Assembly (NCBI GenBank): GCA_963928475.1 | Contig: CAWVFN010000065.1 | Span: forward strand, 1 to 54,659 | Source of the DNA: Bacillota bacterium | GTDB taxonomy: Bacteria > Bacillota > Dehalobacteriia > UBA7702 | DNA length: 54,659 bases | Direction: 5' to 3' | Shown: positions 23,581 through 33,389 of the stretch, piece after piece | Numbering within the stretch: position 1 is the stretch's first letter | How the letters are laid out: each line of letters starts with the position of its first letter | Position numbers and translations under genes: made by a program | The notes under the pieces: generated by a model | Database searches by the model: none | What the model saw: the letters and a program-made list of their open reading frames with translations, nothing else | Told to the model about the DNA's origin: nothing

Positions 23581-25158
23581 ATGCGTTTGATAAACGGAGC
23601 CGATTCCCGGGAAATGGATAAACAAGCCTTAGAGGTTTATGGTCTTTCTTCTTTGGTTTTAATGGAAAACGCCGGATTGCGGAGCGCTGATTTTATAAAG
23701 GAGTTGTTTCCTTTAAGCCAAGGTGGTGTAAAGGTGACAGTAGTCCTTGGCAAGGGAAATAACGCGGGAGATGGTTTAGTTTTAGCCCGTCATTTAATTA
23801 ACAGCGGTTATAAGGTGCAATTATTCTCTGTTTATGAAACTGCTGAATATTCTGAGTCTGCCAAAGCTAACTTAAAGCCTTTGGAGGCTATGGGCATAGA
23901 GATCAAGGTTTTATCTAAAGAACGCGACATGATATTATTCAGGGTGGCTATGATAGCCTCATCTATAGTGGTTGATGCTATTTTTGGTTCTGGTTTCCGC
24001 GGTAATATAGAAGGCTTTGCCGCAGAGGTGGTTAGGGCTATGAATACTTCAAGCAGGCCTATTTTAGCTTTAGATATACCTTCCGGTGTTAATGCCGATG
24101 ATGGTACCGTGAGTGATCCCGTTATCCAGGCTACATGGACCATTACCTTTGCCTTGCCGAAGGTGGGGAATATTTTAGATCCCGGCGGTCAGTGCAATGG
24201 TGAGATTAAAGTAGTTGATATCTCCTTCCCTCCAGGTCTTACAGCCGAGAAAGATGATGATATGGTATTAATTGACAATACTTGGGCTATTAGTCAAATG
24301 TCACCCCGTGCTGCTCAGGGTCATAAAGGGCTGTATGGTCATATTTTGATATTGGGTGGTTCCAAGGGAATGTCCGGCTCTGTAATTTTAGCTGGTAAGG
24401 GAGCATTAAAAGCCGGTTGTGGCTTGGTAACATATATGATTCCCCAATGTATTCATGCTACGGTTACCAGCCAGAATGTTGAGGCCATGACTTGTCCTCT
24501 GGCGGATACTGTCTCTGGTGTTTTATCTAAGGATGCTGCTGCTGAAGTTTTAAAACAGACGGGTCAGAAGGTCTTGGTTATGGGTATGGGTCTGACCAGA
24601 GGCAGTGAAATTACGGAATTTACCCGCCGCATACTAAAGGGTTATAATTGTCCTTTGGTATTAGACGCCGATGCTTTAGTGGCATTAGCCGAAATAGGCG
24701 GTGAGAGAGAAAATAAAAATCCTCTGATTATTACGCCTCATCCTGGTGAGATGGCCAAATTATTAAATTGGTCCATTAAAGAAGTGCAAAGCAGAAGAGT
24801 CGAGGCTGTATTGACGGCGGCTAAGAAATATGACGCTGTTACTGTTTTGAAAGGCAGTAAGACCTTGATAGCTTCTCCCCAGGGTAAATTATTGGTCAAT
24901 ACTACTGGCAATCCTGGTATGGCCACCGGTGGCATGGGAGATGTTTTAGCCGGTGTGATCGGTGCTCTTCTTGGTCAGGGTTTGGAACCTTTAACGGCGG
25001 CGTCTTTGGGAGTGTATTTACACGGCTTAGCAGGTGATAAAGCTAAGGAGGTAAAAGGTGAAATGGGGCTTACCGCCGGAGATGTAATAGAGTATCTTCC
25101 CTGTGTATTGTGGCAGTATGAAAAAGATATGAAGGAGGCTGGCCATAATGTCTTATAA
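23581..25158 (+). CDS. nnr: bifunctional NAD(P)H-hydrate repair enzyme (epimerase plus ADP-dependent dehydratase)
   Basis: YjeF N-terminal motif GKGNNAGDG and C-terminal kinase-fold motif GGMGDVLAG. Start placed at ATG 23581, 8 nt after GGAGGG. Confidence 0.9.
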   Translation: MRLINGADSREMDKQALEVYGLSSLVLMENAGLRSADFIKELFPLSQGGVKVTVVLGKGNNAGDGLVLARHLINSGYKVQLFSVYETAEYSESAKANLKPLEAMGIEIKVLSKERDMILFRVAMIASSIVVDAIFGSGFRGNIEGFAAEVVRAMNTSSRPILALDIPSGVNADDGTVSDPVIQATWTITFALPKVGNILDPGGQCNGEIKVVDISFPPGLTAEKDDDMVLIDNTWAISQMSPRAAQGHKGLYGHILILGGSKGMSGSVILAGKGALKAGCGLVTYMIPQCIHATVTSQNVEAMTCPLADTVSGVLSKDAAAEVLKQTGQKVLVMGMGLTRGSEITEFTRRILKGYNCPLVLDADALVALAEIGGERENKNPLIITPHPGEMAKLLNWSIKEVQSRRVEAVLTAAKKYDAVTVLKGSKTLIASPQGKLLVNTTGNPGMATGGMGDVLAGVIGALLGQGLEPLTAASLGVYLHGLAGDKAKEVKGEMGLTAGDVIEYLPCVLWQYEKDMKEAGHNVL

Positions 25159-26260
25159 TAGGGCGGAGTACGATACGGAGGCTCTGCGTCATAATTTTCG
25201 TTTAGTGCGCGAATTAGTTGGTTCCCGTAAGATAATGGCCGCCGTTAAGGCCAACGGCTATGGCATGGGAGTAATGCCTTTAGTTAATATTTTGCGGGAA
25301 GAGGGCGTGGATTATCTGGCTGTAGCCGTCATAGATGAAGCTTTAGCCCTAAGAGCCAAAGAAGTTGACCTTCCCATTCTTGTTTTAGGAGCTATTCCTC
25401 CCCAGGATTTAGCTAAAGCTGTATATAATGATATAACCATTACAATTTTTAGTTTTGACTGCGCTATGATGGCTGATTTTTTAGGCGGCCAAATGGGTAA
25501 GAAAGTAAAGGTTCATATTAAATTGGATAGTGGTATGCACCGTCTTGGTTTTTTGCCTACAGAGGAAAGTCTCGGTATGATCAAGGTTATTTGTGAAATG
25601 CCTAATTTAGAGGTAGAAGGGATATTTTCTCATCTTGCCCAGGCTGATTGTGATGAGGCCTTTACCAGAGCGCAAATTTCTGTTTTTAAAGAAGCTGTGG
25701 AAAGGCTCTCTGCCGCTGGAGTAGATATTCCCTTGAAGCATTTAGCTAATTCTGCCGCGATTTTAGATTATCCGGACGCTTACTGGGATATGGTGCGTCC
25801 AGGTATTTTATTGCATGGTTTTGGTACCGGTTCTGTTAATTCCCAGTTTTTGCAGGAAGTGTTGACTTTAAAGAGCAGTATAGTACGGATTCATAGAGTT
25901 GATAAGGGAGCGGAAATAAGTTATGGCGGTACTTTTGTGGCTCCTGATTCTCGTCGTATAGCTACAGTACCGATTGGTTATGCTGACGGTTATTTTCGCT
26001 GTCTTTCCAATAAAGCTGAGGCTTTAATTTGTGGTCACCGTGTAAGGCAGGTGGGTAATATCTGTATGGATCAGATGATGTTTGATGTGACTGATCTGCC
26101 TCAAGTTCGTGTCGGTGATGAAGTGGTGCTCTGGGGCAAGCAGGGTGATGAGTTTATATCCCTTTCTGAGGTGGCGGAGAAGGCCGGTACTATCACCTAT
26201 GAGCTTTTGACATCTATGAAACGCATCCCAAAGTATTATTATTTTGAGGATGATGATTAA
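25148..26260 (+). CDS. alr: alanine racemase
   Basis: 370 aa with the PLP-lysine motif AVKANGYGMG. It overlaps the nnr stop. Confidence 0.92.
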   Translation: MSYNRAEYDTEALRHNFRLVRELVGSRKIMAAVKANGYGMGVMPLVNILREEGVDYLAVAVIDEALALRAKEVDLPILVLGAIPPQDLAKAVYNDITITIFSFDCAMMADFLGGQMGKKVKVHIKLDSGMHRLGFLPTEESLGMIKVICEMPNLEVEGIFSHLAQADCDEAFTRAQISVFKEAVERLSAAGVDIPLKHLANSAAILDYPDAYWDMVRPGILLHGFGTGSVNSQFLQEVLTLKSSIVRIHRVDKGAEISYGGTFVAPDSRRIATVPIGYADGYFRCLSNKAEALICGHRVRQVGNICMDQMMFDVTDLPQVRVGDEVVLWGKQGDEFISLSEVAEKAGTITYELLTSMKRIPKYYYFEDDD

Positions 26261-26316
26261 ATAAAATATACTCATTTTTTCCCTTTGGCATATATTAGCC
26301 AGAGGGAGAGATGTGA

Positions 26317-26988
26317 ATGAAAAAGCCTATAATCGGTATAACTTTTCATGGTAAAATAAAGGACACATATGGCTGGGCAGTGACGGAAAGCGGTGGAGTT
26401 CCTTTATATTTAGGACCCGGGGCGCCGGTGGAGGAAGTTTTAAGATCTGTTTCCGGTATAATTTTCAGCGGCGGCGGTGATATATGGCCGAAATTTTTCG
26501 GCGAGGCGTTTACCGTTGGGTCTAAAGCTCCTGATATGGCCAGGGACTGTTTTGAACTTGCTTTAGCCAGGGAAGGTGAAAAACAGCAAATACCTATGTT
26601 GGGTATTTGTCGCGGTATGCAAATTATTAACGTGGCTTTAGGCGGCAGTATTTTTCAGGATATAGGTTTAAAGCACTGTCAAAGGGAAAATCCTTTGCGG
26701 ACGACACATCAGATTACAATTGTTGGTTCCAGTTTTTTGCGGGAATATTTTGAGACTGATAATATAATGGTAAACAGTTTCCATCATCAAAGTGTTAAGG
26801 TTATTGCTCCCTTGCTGCGTTTAGCGGCCTATAGTCCTGACGGTGTTATTGAGGCTCTGGAGGGCAATAATATTTGGGGAGTACAGTGGCATCCCGAGTG
26901 GTTAATACAGCGTGAGGGAGAAAAAAAACTGTTTGCCGCTTTTGTAGGACTTTGCCGAGAGTATAATGATAATTCACAGAAATCCTAA
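26317..26988 (+). CDS. gamma-glutamyl-gamma-aminobutyrate hydrolase family protein (peptidase C26 / class I glutamine amidotransferase)
   Basis: GICRGMQIIN nucleophile elbow; HHQ and GVQWHPE motifs. Confidence 0.85.
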   Translation: MKKPIIGITFHGKIKDTYGWAVTESGGVPLYLGPGAPVEEVLRSVSGIIFSGGGDIWPKFFGEAFTVGSKAPDMARDCFELALAREGEKQQIPMLGICRGMQIINVALGGSIFQDIGLKHCQRENPLRTTHQITIVGSSFLREYFETDNIMVNSFHHQSVKVIAPLLRLAAYSPDGVIEALEGNNIWGVQWHPEWLIQREGEKKLFAAFVGLCREYNDNSQKS

Positions 26989-27550
26989 TTTAGAAAAACT
27001 TAATAAGGCACTTACTTCCTGTCAGCGTTGCGCTTTAGGCGCCGGGAGGACAAATTTGGTCTTCGGCCGCGGCAGTGAGTCGGCGCCAATAGTATTGATT
27101 GGCGAAGGCCCGGGAGAACAGGAGGATTTAAGCGGCGTACCCTTTGTGGGACGGGCTGGTCAGCTTTTGGATAAGATTTTGAATGCCGCTGGTTTAACAG
27201 AGGAGGATTACTATATTTGTAATGTAGTGAAGTGTCGTCCTCCCCATAACAGGGCGCCTCTCCCTGCAGAGGTAGAGCAGTGCAAGGATTTCCTGCGTCA
27301 GCAGGTAGGCTTGATTCGCCCCAGGATAATAGTACTGTTAGGTGCTTCCGCCGCCAAAGCGGTAATAGATCCTAATTTGGCCATCACCAAAGTCAGGGGT
27401 CAGTGGGTGGAGCGAAAAGGATTTTTAATGATGCCAACATTTCATCCTGCGGCCTTATTGCGTGATCCCAAAAAGAAAGCAGCTGTTTGGGCTGATTTTC
27501 AGGAAATAAAACGAGTTTATGATGAATACAGGAAGGGGGAGGTGGATTGA
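26966..27550 (+). CDS. uracil-DNA glycosylase, family 4
   Basis: GEGPGEQED, FVGRAG and VKCRPPHNR motifs plus HPAALLR. Cys ligands consistent with a 4Fe-4S cluster. Confidence 0.88.
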   Translation: MIIHRNPNLEKLNKALTSCQRCALGAGRTNLVFGRGSESAPIVLIGEGPGEQEDLSGVPFVGRAGQLLDKILNAAGLTEEDYYICNVVKCRPPHNRAPLPAEVEQCKDFLRQQVGLIRPRIIVLLGASAAKAVIDPNLAITKVRGQWVERKGFLMMPTFHPAALLRDPKKKAAVWADFQEIKRVYDEYRKGEVD

Positions 27551-28029
27551 TTATAGAAAAAAAATCTTGTAATCCTGAAGCTACCTTTTCTTTAGCCGCT
27601 TCCTTAGCCTCCCATTGCCGGCCTAATACCAATATTTTATTAGACGGCGATTTGGCGGCAGGTAAAACTGTTTTTGCCAAGGGTTTGGGGTCTGGTTTGG
27701 GAGTGCGGGGAAATATAAAGAGTCCCACATATACCCTAATGTGCAGTTATGAAGGGGATAGTATGCCCTTTTTTCATTTTGACGCCTATAATCTCAAGGG
27801 TATTGACGATTTTTATGATTTGGGTTTTGATGAATTTCTTAGTAAGGACGGTGTGGTATTAATTGAGTGGGCCTCAGTGTTGGCTGGGGATTTCCCTGAT
27901 GATTATATCCATATCGCCATAAAGAAAGAGAATGGCGATAATGACCGCACTCTTATTTTTACAGCGAAGGGTGAGGAGATGGAAAATATATTGAAGGAGT
28001 GGCAGAATAATGAAGATATTAGCCTTTGA
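27547..28029 (+). CDS. tsaE: tRNA t6A37 biosynthesis ATPase TsaE
   Basis: 160 aa with the P-loop GDLAAGKT and a TTG start overlapping the previous stop. It lies in the tsaE-tsaB-tsaD context. Confidence 0.88.
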   Translation: MIIEKKSCNPEATFSLAASLASHCRPNTNILLDGDLAAGKTVFAKGLGSGLGVRGNIKSPTYTLMCSYEGDSMPFFHFDAYNLKGIDDFYDLGFDEFLSKDGVVLIEWASVLAGDFPDDYIHIAIKKENGDNDRTLIFTAKGEEMENILKEWQNNEDISL

Positions 28030-29164
28030 CTGCAGCGGCAAGACCATGGCTGCGGCAGTGGCCCAGGGTTCGGAAGTTCTGGCGGCTGAATATTCTGATG
28101 AAAACAGGAATCATGCTCCCCATCTTTTACCTATGATTGATAAGGTATTATCTTTAGCGTCATTTTCTTACAGTGATTTAGAAGCCATTGGTGTAACTGT
28201 TGGTCCAGGCTCCTTTACTGGTCTACGTATAGGTATAGCCACGGCAAAGGGCTTAAGTGATACACTCGGTATTCCTCTGATTCCGATTTTAAGTATGGAT
28301 GCTTTAGCCTTGGGCTTTGCCGGCCATAGGAATATAATAGCTACGATTTCCGACGCACGCAAAAAACAGGTTTACGCAGCTGTATATGACAATACCGCAG
28401 GAAAGATGGAAAAGATAATGGAAGAAACGCCTCTTTCACCAGTAGATGAACTGCTGCCCTTTTTAAGCAAATTTAAGAAGATACTTTTTGTTGGCGACGG
28501 TGTCGCGCCTTGGCGTGCAGAGTTGCTGGCAGCCTATGGTGAAAGGTGTTGTTTTGCCGATGATGATGTCCAGGGTATAAAAGGGGAGAGTCTGATAAAG
28601 ATAGCGGCTGCCGCAAAAAATTGGGACTTAACCAGGGACGTTTTGCCGTTTTATCTTAGAGGGGTGGACGCTAAAGCCAAATTTTTGCGTTGTGATTTTT
28701 CCCTGTTAACTAAAAATGATATAGAAGAGCTTATGCGGGTGGAGGAATCAGCTTTTGCCAGTCCCTGGACGCGGCAGATGTTTCTGGATGAGCTGGCCAA
28801 CTCCTTTTCGGAGTATTGGATAATAAGGGTAGATGGCAGATTAGCTGCTTATGGCGGGTTCTGGCTTGTCGCTGATGAGTGTCATATAACTAATATAGCT
28901 GTTGATGCTGATTATCATCACTTAGGCCTTGGTACCCTAATGGTGAAGCATCTTATTCAGCGCGGCAGGGGACTGGGTGTAAAGGGAATAACCTTAGAAG
29001 TGCGCCCCTCTAATATTAAAGCTATAAAACTGTATGAAAAAGCCGGCTTTAAAGAAATGGGCAGGCGTTCTCATTACTATGAGGATAATGGCGAGGATGC
29101 TATAATCATGTGGCTATATTTTGCCGATGATGATAAACAGGAAAAGCCTTGGAGTAAAAAATGA
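28010..29164 (+). CDS. tsaB: fusion protein: TsaB (t6A37 biosynthesis) N-terminal domain plus RimI-type ribosomal-protein-alanine N-acetyltransferase C-terminal domain
   Basis: 384 aa in one continuous frame. Residues 1 to about 225 are TsaB-like ([10 protein letters not shown]...). Residues from about 235 to 384 are a GNAT domain with RimI-like motifs ([18 protein letters not shown] ... [10 protein letters not shown]). Confidence 0.85.
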   Translation: MKILAFDCSGKTMAAAVAQGSEVLAAEYSDENRNHAPHLLPMIDKVLSLASFSYSDLEAIGVTVGPGSFTGLRIGIATAKGLSDTLGIPLIPILSMDALALGFAGHRNIIATISDARKKQVYAAVYDNTAGKMEKIMEETPLSPVDELLPFLSKFKKILFVGDGVAPWRAELLAAYGERCCFADDDVQGIKGESLIKIAAAAKNWDLTRDVLPFYLRGVDAKAKFLRCDFSLLTKNDIEELMRVEESAFASPWTRQMFLDELANSFSEYWIIRVDGRLAAYGGFWLVADECHITNIAVDADYHHLGLGTLMVKHLIQRGRGLGVKGITLEVRPSNIKAIKLYEKAGFKEMGRRSHYYEDNGEDAIIMWLYFADDDKQEKPWSKK

Positions 29165-30168
29165 GCGTTAATATTTTAGCCATAGAAACAAGCTGTGATG
29201 AGACATCAGCGGCTGTTGTTTCCGATGGACGTACCATAAAATCCAATATAATTTATACCCAGATAGCCACTCACAAAGCTTACGGTGGTGTAGTGCCTGA
29301 GATCGCATCTCGCGAGCATTTGCGCAAAATTAGTGAAGTTGTCGCCACCGCCATCGAGGAAAGCGGTCTTGCTAAAAATGATCTGAGCGCTATTGCCGTT
29401 ACTGAGGGACCTGGTCTTATTGGTTCGCTTTTAGTGGGTCTCTCCTATGCTAAAGCCATGTCTGGGGCTTTAGCTATTCCCTTAATAGGGGTACACCATA
29501 TAGCTGGTCACTTATACGGAGGTATAATGTCTTATCCAGAATTGGAGCCGCCTTTGGTAGGAATGATAGCCTCAGGGGGACACAGTACCTTGGTATCAAT
29601 GCCGTCTCATATGGAATTTAAGGTGTTAGGGGAAACCAGAGATGACGCTCCTGGTGAGGTTTTGGATAAAGTAGCTCGTTCCATTGGACTTTCTTATCCT
29701 GGCGGCGCTGCATTGGAGCAGTTGGCTGCCGCTGGAAATAAGGAGGCTATTGAATTTCCCAGAGCCTGGTTAGAGGAAAACAGTCTTGATTTTAGCTTTA
29801 GCGGTTTAAAATCCAGTGTTTTAAATTATTTAAATAGAGCTGAAATGAAGGGAGAGGATGTTTCCTATCCTGATTTAGCCGCTTCCTTCCAGGAGGCTCT
29901 TTTTGAGGTTTTAGCTGTTAAGGCCGTAGATGCCTGTAGAAGAGAGGGAGCTAAATCCCTTGTTCTCTCCGGCGGTGTAGCGGCAAATGGCAGGCTGTGT
30001 CAGATCATGTCTTCTCTGTCAGAAGCGCAGGGATTAAATTTTTATCATCCGCCTAAGATTTTATGCACAGATAACGGTGCCATGATTGGTGCCGCGGCGT
30101 ATCATAAATATTTAAAAGGTGATTTTAGCTCACTGGAATTAAATGCTGCCGCTAATTTGGCTTTGTAA
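29161..30168 (+). CDS. tsaD: tRNA N6-adenosine threonylcarbamoyltransferase
   Basis: 335 aa. [12 protein letters not shown]... HHIAGH metal-binding motif of the Kae1/Gcp family. Confidence 0.95.
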   Translation: MSVNILAIETSCDETSAAVVSDGRTIKSNIIYTQIATHKAYGGVVPEIASREHLRKISEVVATAIEESGLAKNDLSAIAVTEGPGLIGSLLVGLSYAKAMSGALAIPLIGVHHIAGHLYGGIMSYPELEPPLVGMIASGGHSTLVSMPSHMEFKVLGETRDDAPGEVLDKVARSIGLSYPGGAALEQLAAAGNKEAIEFPRAWLEENSLDFSFSGLKSSVLNYLNRAEMKGEDVSYPDLAASFQEALFEVLAVKAVDACRREGAKSLVLSGGVAANGRLCQIMSSLSEAQGLNFYHPPKILCTDNGAMIGAAAYHKYLKGDFSSLELNAAANLAL

Positions 30169-30237
30169 AGACATGCATAAATTATCTAAAATCATAAAAA
30201 AAACGTATATTATTCATGCATAAACATTTCTTGGTTT

Positions 30238-30320
30238 TGTGGAAAAAGTGGATAAAATTTTGGATAACTAATGGTTTTACTGGTTATCCCCAAAAGAAAA
30301 AAGAGATGTTTTGTGGATAA
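30238..30320. promoter_or_regulatory. DnaA-box cluster (5 sites)
   Basis: Matches to TTATCCACA. One perfect site lies at 30312-30320 (bottom strand). Four sites each have one mismatch: 30238-30246, 30247-30255 and 30259-30267 (bottom strand) and 30284-30292 (top strand). Confidence 0.7.
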
Positions 30321-30455
30321 TTTTGGGAGCATTTTTTAAAAATACCAGTTAAATATGATTTAGCTGTTTTATTCATGATTTTCCTGGCCTTTTAATAACG
30401 CCAGTTAAGGCAATTGTTTATTCTGTATTTATATACATTTTATAAAAATGAAAAA

Positions 30456-31760
30456 ATGGTGGCTGTTTTGAAGACTCCAGATGATTTTTATTTGCTAAAG
30501 GAAGCGTCGGAACATAATATTTTAGCTCTTACGTCACATTGTAATTGCCGTTGTTTATTTTGTAGTCACGGTAATAATCCCCCAGGAGCCCTGGTTCGTT
30601 ACTGTGGCCATCGTGATTTGGCACAGGTCCTCACTGCTATTGATTTTTTAGATAGCCGCCGTGATATTGTAATTGGCGAAAGCGCGTCTCCTATAACTGA
30701 AGGTGAACCTTTCATTTATCCTGACTTTTGGCCCGTTTTAGAGGCCATACGTCAGAAATACGAAGAAACAGTGATTGCTATAACAACTAATGGCACTATG
30801 CTCACAGGTGAGACCGTAAAGAGACTGGCACAGTTTAAGCCCTTAAAACTGAATCTTTCACTAAATACTTTAAATTTTCGATATGAGGTCATGGGAGACA
30901 GAAAGAATAAGGCTAAAAATGCCCCGGCTTTGCTGGCAGAGTATGGAATAGCCTACAACGGCAGTATTGTTGCTTTGCCGGAAATTACTGGTTGGGATGA
31001 TATAGCTGCCACCATACTGCTGCTGCAAAACCATGGCTGCGGCATATTACGTCTGCTTTTGCCGGGTTATAGCGATTTAGCCTCACCTGAACGGCGTTAC
31101 AACTGGGATCAGCGCCGAGACCTTGCTTTATCGCTGTTAAAGGATATGCCGGGCATAAATCTATTGGAACCGCCTGTTTACAGAGACAATAGACCAATTA
31201 TCTATGGAGTAATAGCTGGTTCTCCCGGAGCTGAGGCTGGTTTTAGCCAGGGAGATGAGATTCTGAAAGTCCAGGGTAAAGTACCTATTAATCGTTTTGC
31301 CGCCTGGGAAATGATATCGAGGGACGAAAATCCAGAGATAGTTTTGCGACGAGACGGTGAAATCCTGTCTCTGGTGCTGCCGAAGGATTCTCCTGATTGC
31401 GGCGGTTTGGTTTTTAGCAATGATTTGGATTGCCGCCGTCTTGAGGCTATGGCTCGATGTTGTGAGGGCATTAGAGGCAGAGGTGTAATTTGTTGCTCCC
31501 AGCTTGGACGTCCCTATATAGAAGGCAATATATCTCTTTTCCCCAGTCTTAGGTCTTTGTCCTTGGTTACGGTGGAGAACCGATTTTTTGGCGGCAATAT
31601 AGGTGCTGCGGGACTGCTGACTATTGATGATTTTAACCGGGTATTAAAAGGTGAAAACTTTGATTACGCTTTTTTACCTCAGGAATGTCTGGATTTTCAG
31701 GGTCAGGATTTAAGAGGTGAAACCATTGATGATCTTTGTATCAAAGGATACTGCCTATAA
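30456..31760 (+). CDS. radical SAM protein with an embedded PDZ domain
   Basis: Cluster motif CNCRCLFC. PDZ-like segment GVIAGSPGAEAGFSQGDEILKVQG. The start is uncertain: ATG 30456 has no clear SD, and the track ORF begins at TTG 30414. Confidence 0.7.
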   Translation: MVAVLKTPDDFYLLKEASEHNILALTSHCNCRCLFCSHGNNPPGALVRYCGHRDLAQVLTAIDFLDSRRDIVIGESASPITEGEPFIYPDFWPVLEAIRQKYEETVIAITTNGTMLTGETVKRLAQFKPLKLNLSLNTLNFRYEVMGDRKNKAKNAPALLAEYGIAYNGSIVALPEITGWDDIAATILLLQNHGCGILRLLLPGYSDLASPERRYNWDQRRDLALSLLKDMPGINLLEPPVYRDNRPIIYGVIAGSPGAEAGFSQGDEILKVQGKVPINRFAAWEMISRDENPEIVLRRDGEILSLVLPKDSPDCGGLVFSNDLDCRRLEAMARCCEGIRGRGVICCSQLGRPYIEGNISLFPSLRSLSLVTVENRFFGGNIGAAGLLTIDDFNRVLKGENFDYAFLPQECLDFQGQDLRGETIDDLCIKGYCL

Positions 31761-31785
31761 AGAATGATAAAGGAGGTGTCTTTTT

Positions 31786-32349
31786 ATGAAAAAAGAAACA
31801 CGAAAAAATCTTTTAAAGGAACGTGATTCCCTAAGCAAAGAGGAAGTGTCTGTTAAGAGTAACGCTGTATGTGAAAAGTTAGCTAAAGTTTTAAGTGGTA
31901 ATAATATTCAAACGGTCATGACTTATATTCCCAGCGGTAATGAAACCGATGTTCTGCCAGTAGTGCGTCAGCTTTTAGCCGCTGGGAAAAGAATAGTGGC
32001 GCCTATCTGTACAGGTCCTGGCATAATGATTCCCTCCATGATAGAGGATCTGGAAAAGGATTTGGTTCCTGGCTATTTTGGTATTTTGGCGCCTAGGGAA
32101 GAGCGTCCTGTGCCTCTCTCTGAAATAGACGCTGTTATAGTGCCTGGTGTTGGTTTTGATAAAAAGGGTAATAGATTAGGTTTTGGCGGCGGCTATTATG
32201 ACCGCTTTATGCCTAAACTGCGGCAGGATGCTTTAAAGGTAGCTGTTTGCTATGATTTGCAAATTCTGCCAGAACTGGAGCCTGAACCCTGGGATTACCC
32301 TGTCGATATGATCATTACTGAAAGCAGTCTCTATCACATAAAGAAATAA
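31786..32349 (+). CDS. 5-formyltetrahydrofolate cyclo-ligase
   Basis: 187 aa with the GFDKKGNRLGFGGGYYDRF signature. Confidence 0.88.
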   Translation: MKKETRKNLLKERDSLSKEEVSVKSNAVCEKLAKVLSGNNIQTVMTYIPSGNETDVLPVVRQLLAAGKRIVAPICTGPGIMIPSMIEDLEKDLVPGYFGILAPREERPVPLSEIDAVIVPGVGFDKKGNRLGFGGGYYDRFMPKLRQDALKVAVCYDLQILPELEPEPWDYPVDMIITESSLYHIKK

Positions 32350-32406
32350 TTCTTATTTTGACTTTTGGCTAAAATATGGCTCATAATAATATTGTTAAGT
32401 ATTTTT

Positions 32407-32461
32407 GACGTAAGCTTAGCTGTACTCATTTTTTAAGTACCAAGTTTACGTCTTTATTTTT
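32407..32461 (+). terminator. intrinsic terminator after the cyclo-ligase gene
   Basis: GACGTAA (32407-32413) pairs with TTACGTC (32446-32452), with an inner GTACT/AGTAC stem, followed by TTTATTTTT. Confidence 0.6.
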
Positions 32462-32644
32462 AAAAAATTCGGGAAAACCTGTAACGTTTATAACAAAAGA
32501 GCGTTGTATGAGATAGAGGGCAAAAAAAAGAGAAAAAAGTAATGAAAAAAGATTATTATAGAGAGTGGAAATAAGCAAAGATAAAAAGTGTGTGAACGAA
32601 TAAAACTATATATCAACTGTAATCTTTTCACAATAAAACTATAA

Positions 32645-32872
32645 ATGGAAGAGTATCTTGATGATTTGGATCCGTATATTCAAAAGTTTGCCTACATAGA
32701 CCATGGCGCTGAGCATTATGATGAAATAATTTTCACCGAGTTAGTGGATAAATACGATATACCCGAATTGCCCAAGAATGAAGACGGTCTTCCCATTGCT
32801 ACCTACAGGGCTATAGCTTCGGCTTTAGGCCATGAACTAATGGCCAAATACAACGTGGAAATGGTGTATTGA
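32645..32872 (+). CDS. hypothetical small acidic protein (75 aa); coding status uncertain
   Basis: Intact ORF with globular-looking composition, but no Shine-Dalgarno upstream of ATG 32645. Confidence 0.35.
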   Translation: MEEYLDDLDPYIQKFAYIDHGAEHYDEIIFTELVDKYDIPELPKNEDGLPIATYRAIASALGHELMAKYNVEMVY

Positions 32873-33275
32873 TTGAAATTTGTCATTATGTTTAACCTGC
32901 TAAAATGTGATATCCATCCTTAATTCACTTGTAGAGAGCCTCGGCGTCGGGGCGTAAGTGATAAGCTCCTTTTTACCCACCACCGCTAAGCCTCAGCTAC
33001 ACTCAGGAGAATTTATTAGCCTATGATATTGTCATAAGTATAGAAGACAGTAAACAGCGTATAAAAAAAGAAGGAAGGGCTTAATACAGGCTCTTCCTTC
33101 TGATGTATGAAAAGGAGGAAGGAAATTGCCTAAGAAGATTTTTCCCCTACTGTTTATTCTCTTATGAGAAATTTTTAAAAAAATGAGCCCGGGATTTTTT
33201 TGCTGCGATAGGGGTATACTTGTCAAGCTATGCTTGGTTAAATTTTTTATTTTTAGCAAATTTTCTCATTATCCC

Positions 33276-33303
33276 TTGACAATAGGAAAAAACTGTGTAT
33301 AAT
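33276..33303 (+). promoter_or_regulatory. groES-groEL sigma-A promoter
   Basis: -35 TTGACA (33276-33281), a 16-nt spacer, -10 TATAAT (33298-33303). Confidence 0.8.
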
Positions 33304-33308
33304 AACTA

Positions 33309-33335
33309 TTAGCACTCAACAATGGTGAGTGCTAA
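33309..33335 (+). promoter_or_regulatory. CIRCE operator (HrcA binding site)
   Basis: TTAGCACTC-N9-GAGTGCTAA, a perfect match to the CIRCE consensus, lying between the promoter and the groES RBS. Confidence 0.95.
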
Positions 33336-33389
33336 TAAACAGATTGGTTATTAATTTAATATTTCATAAGTTTTGAAGGAGGAATAAAG

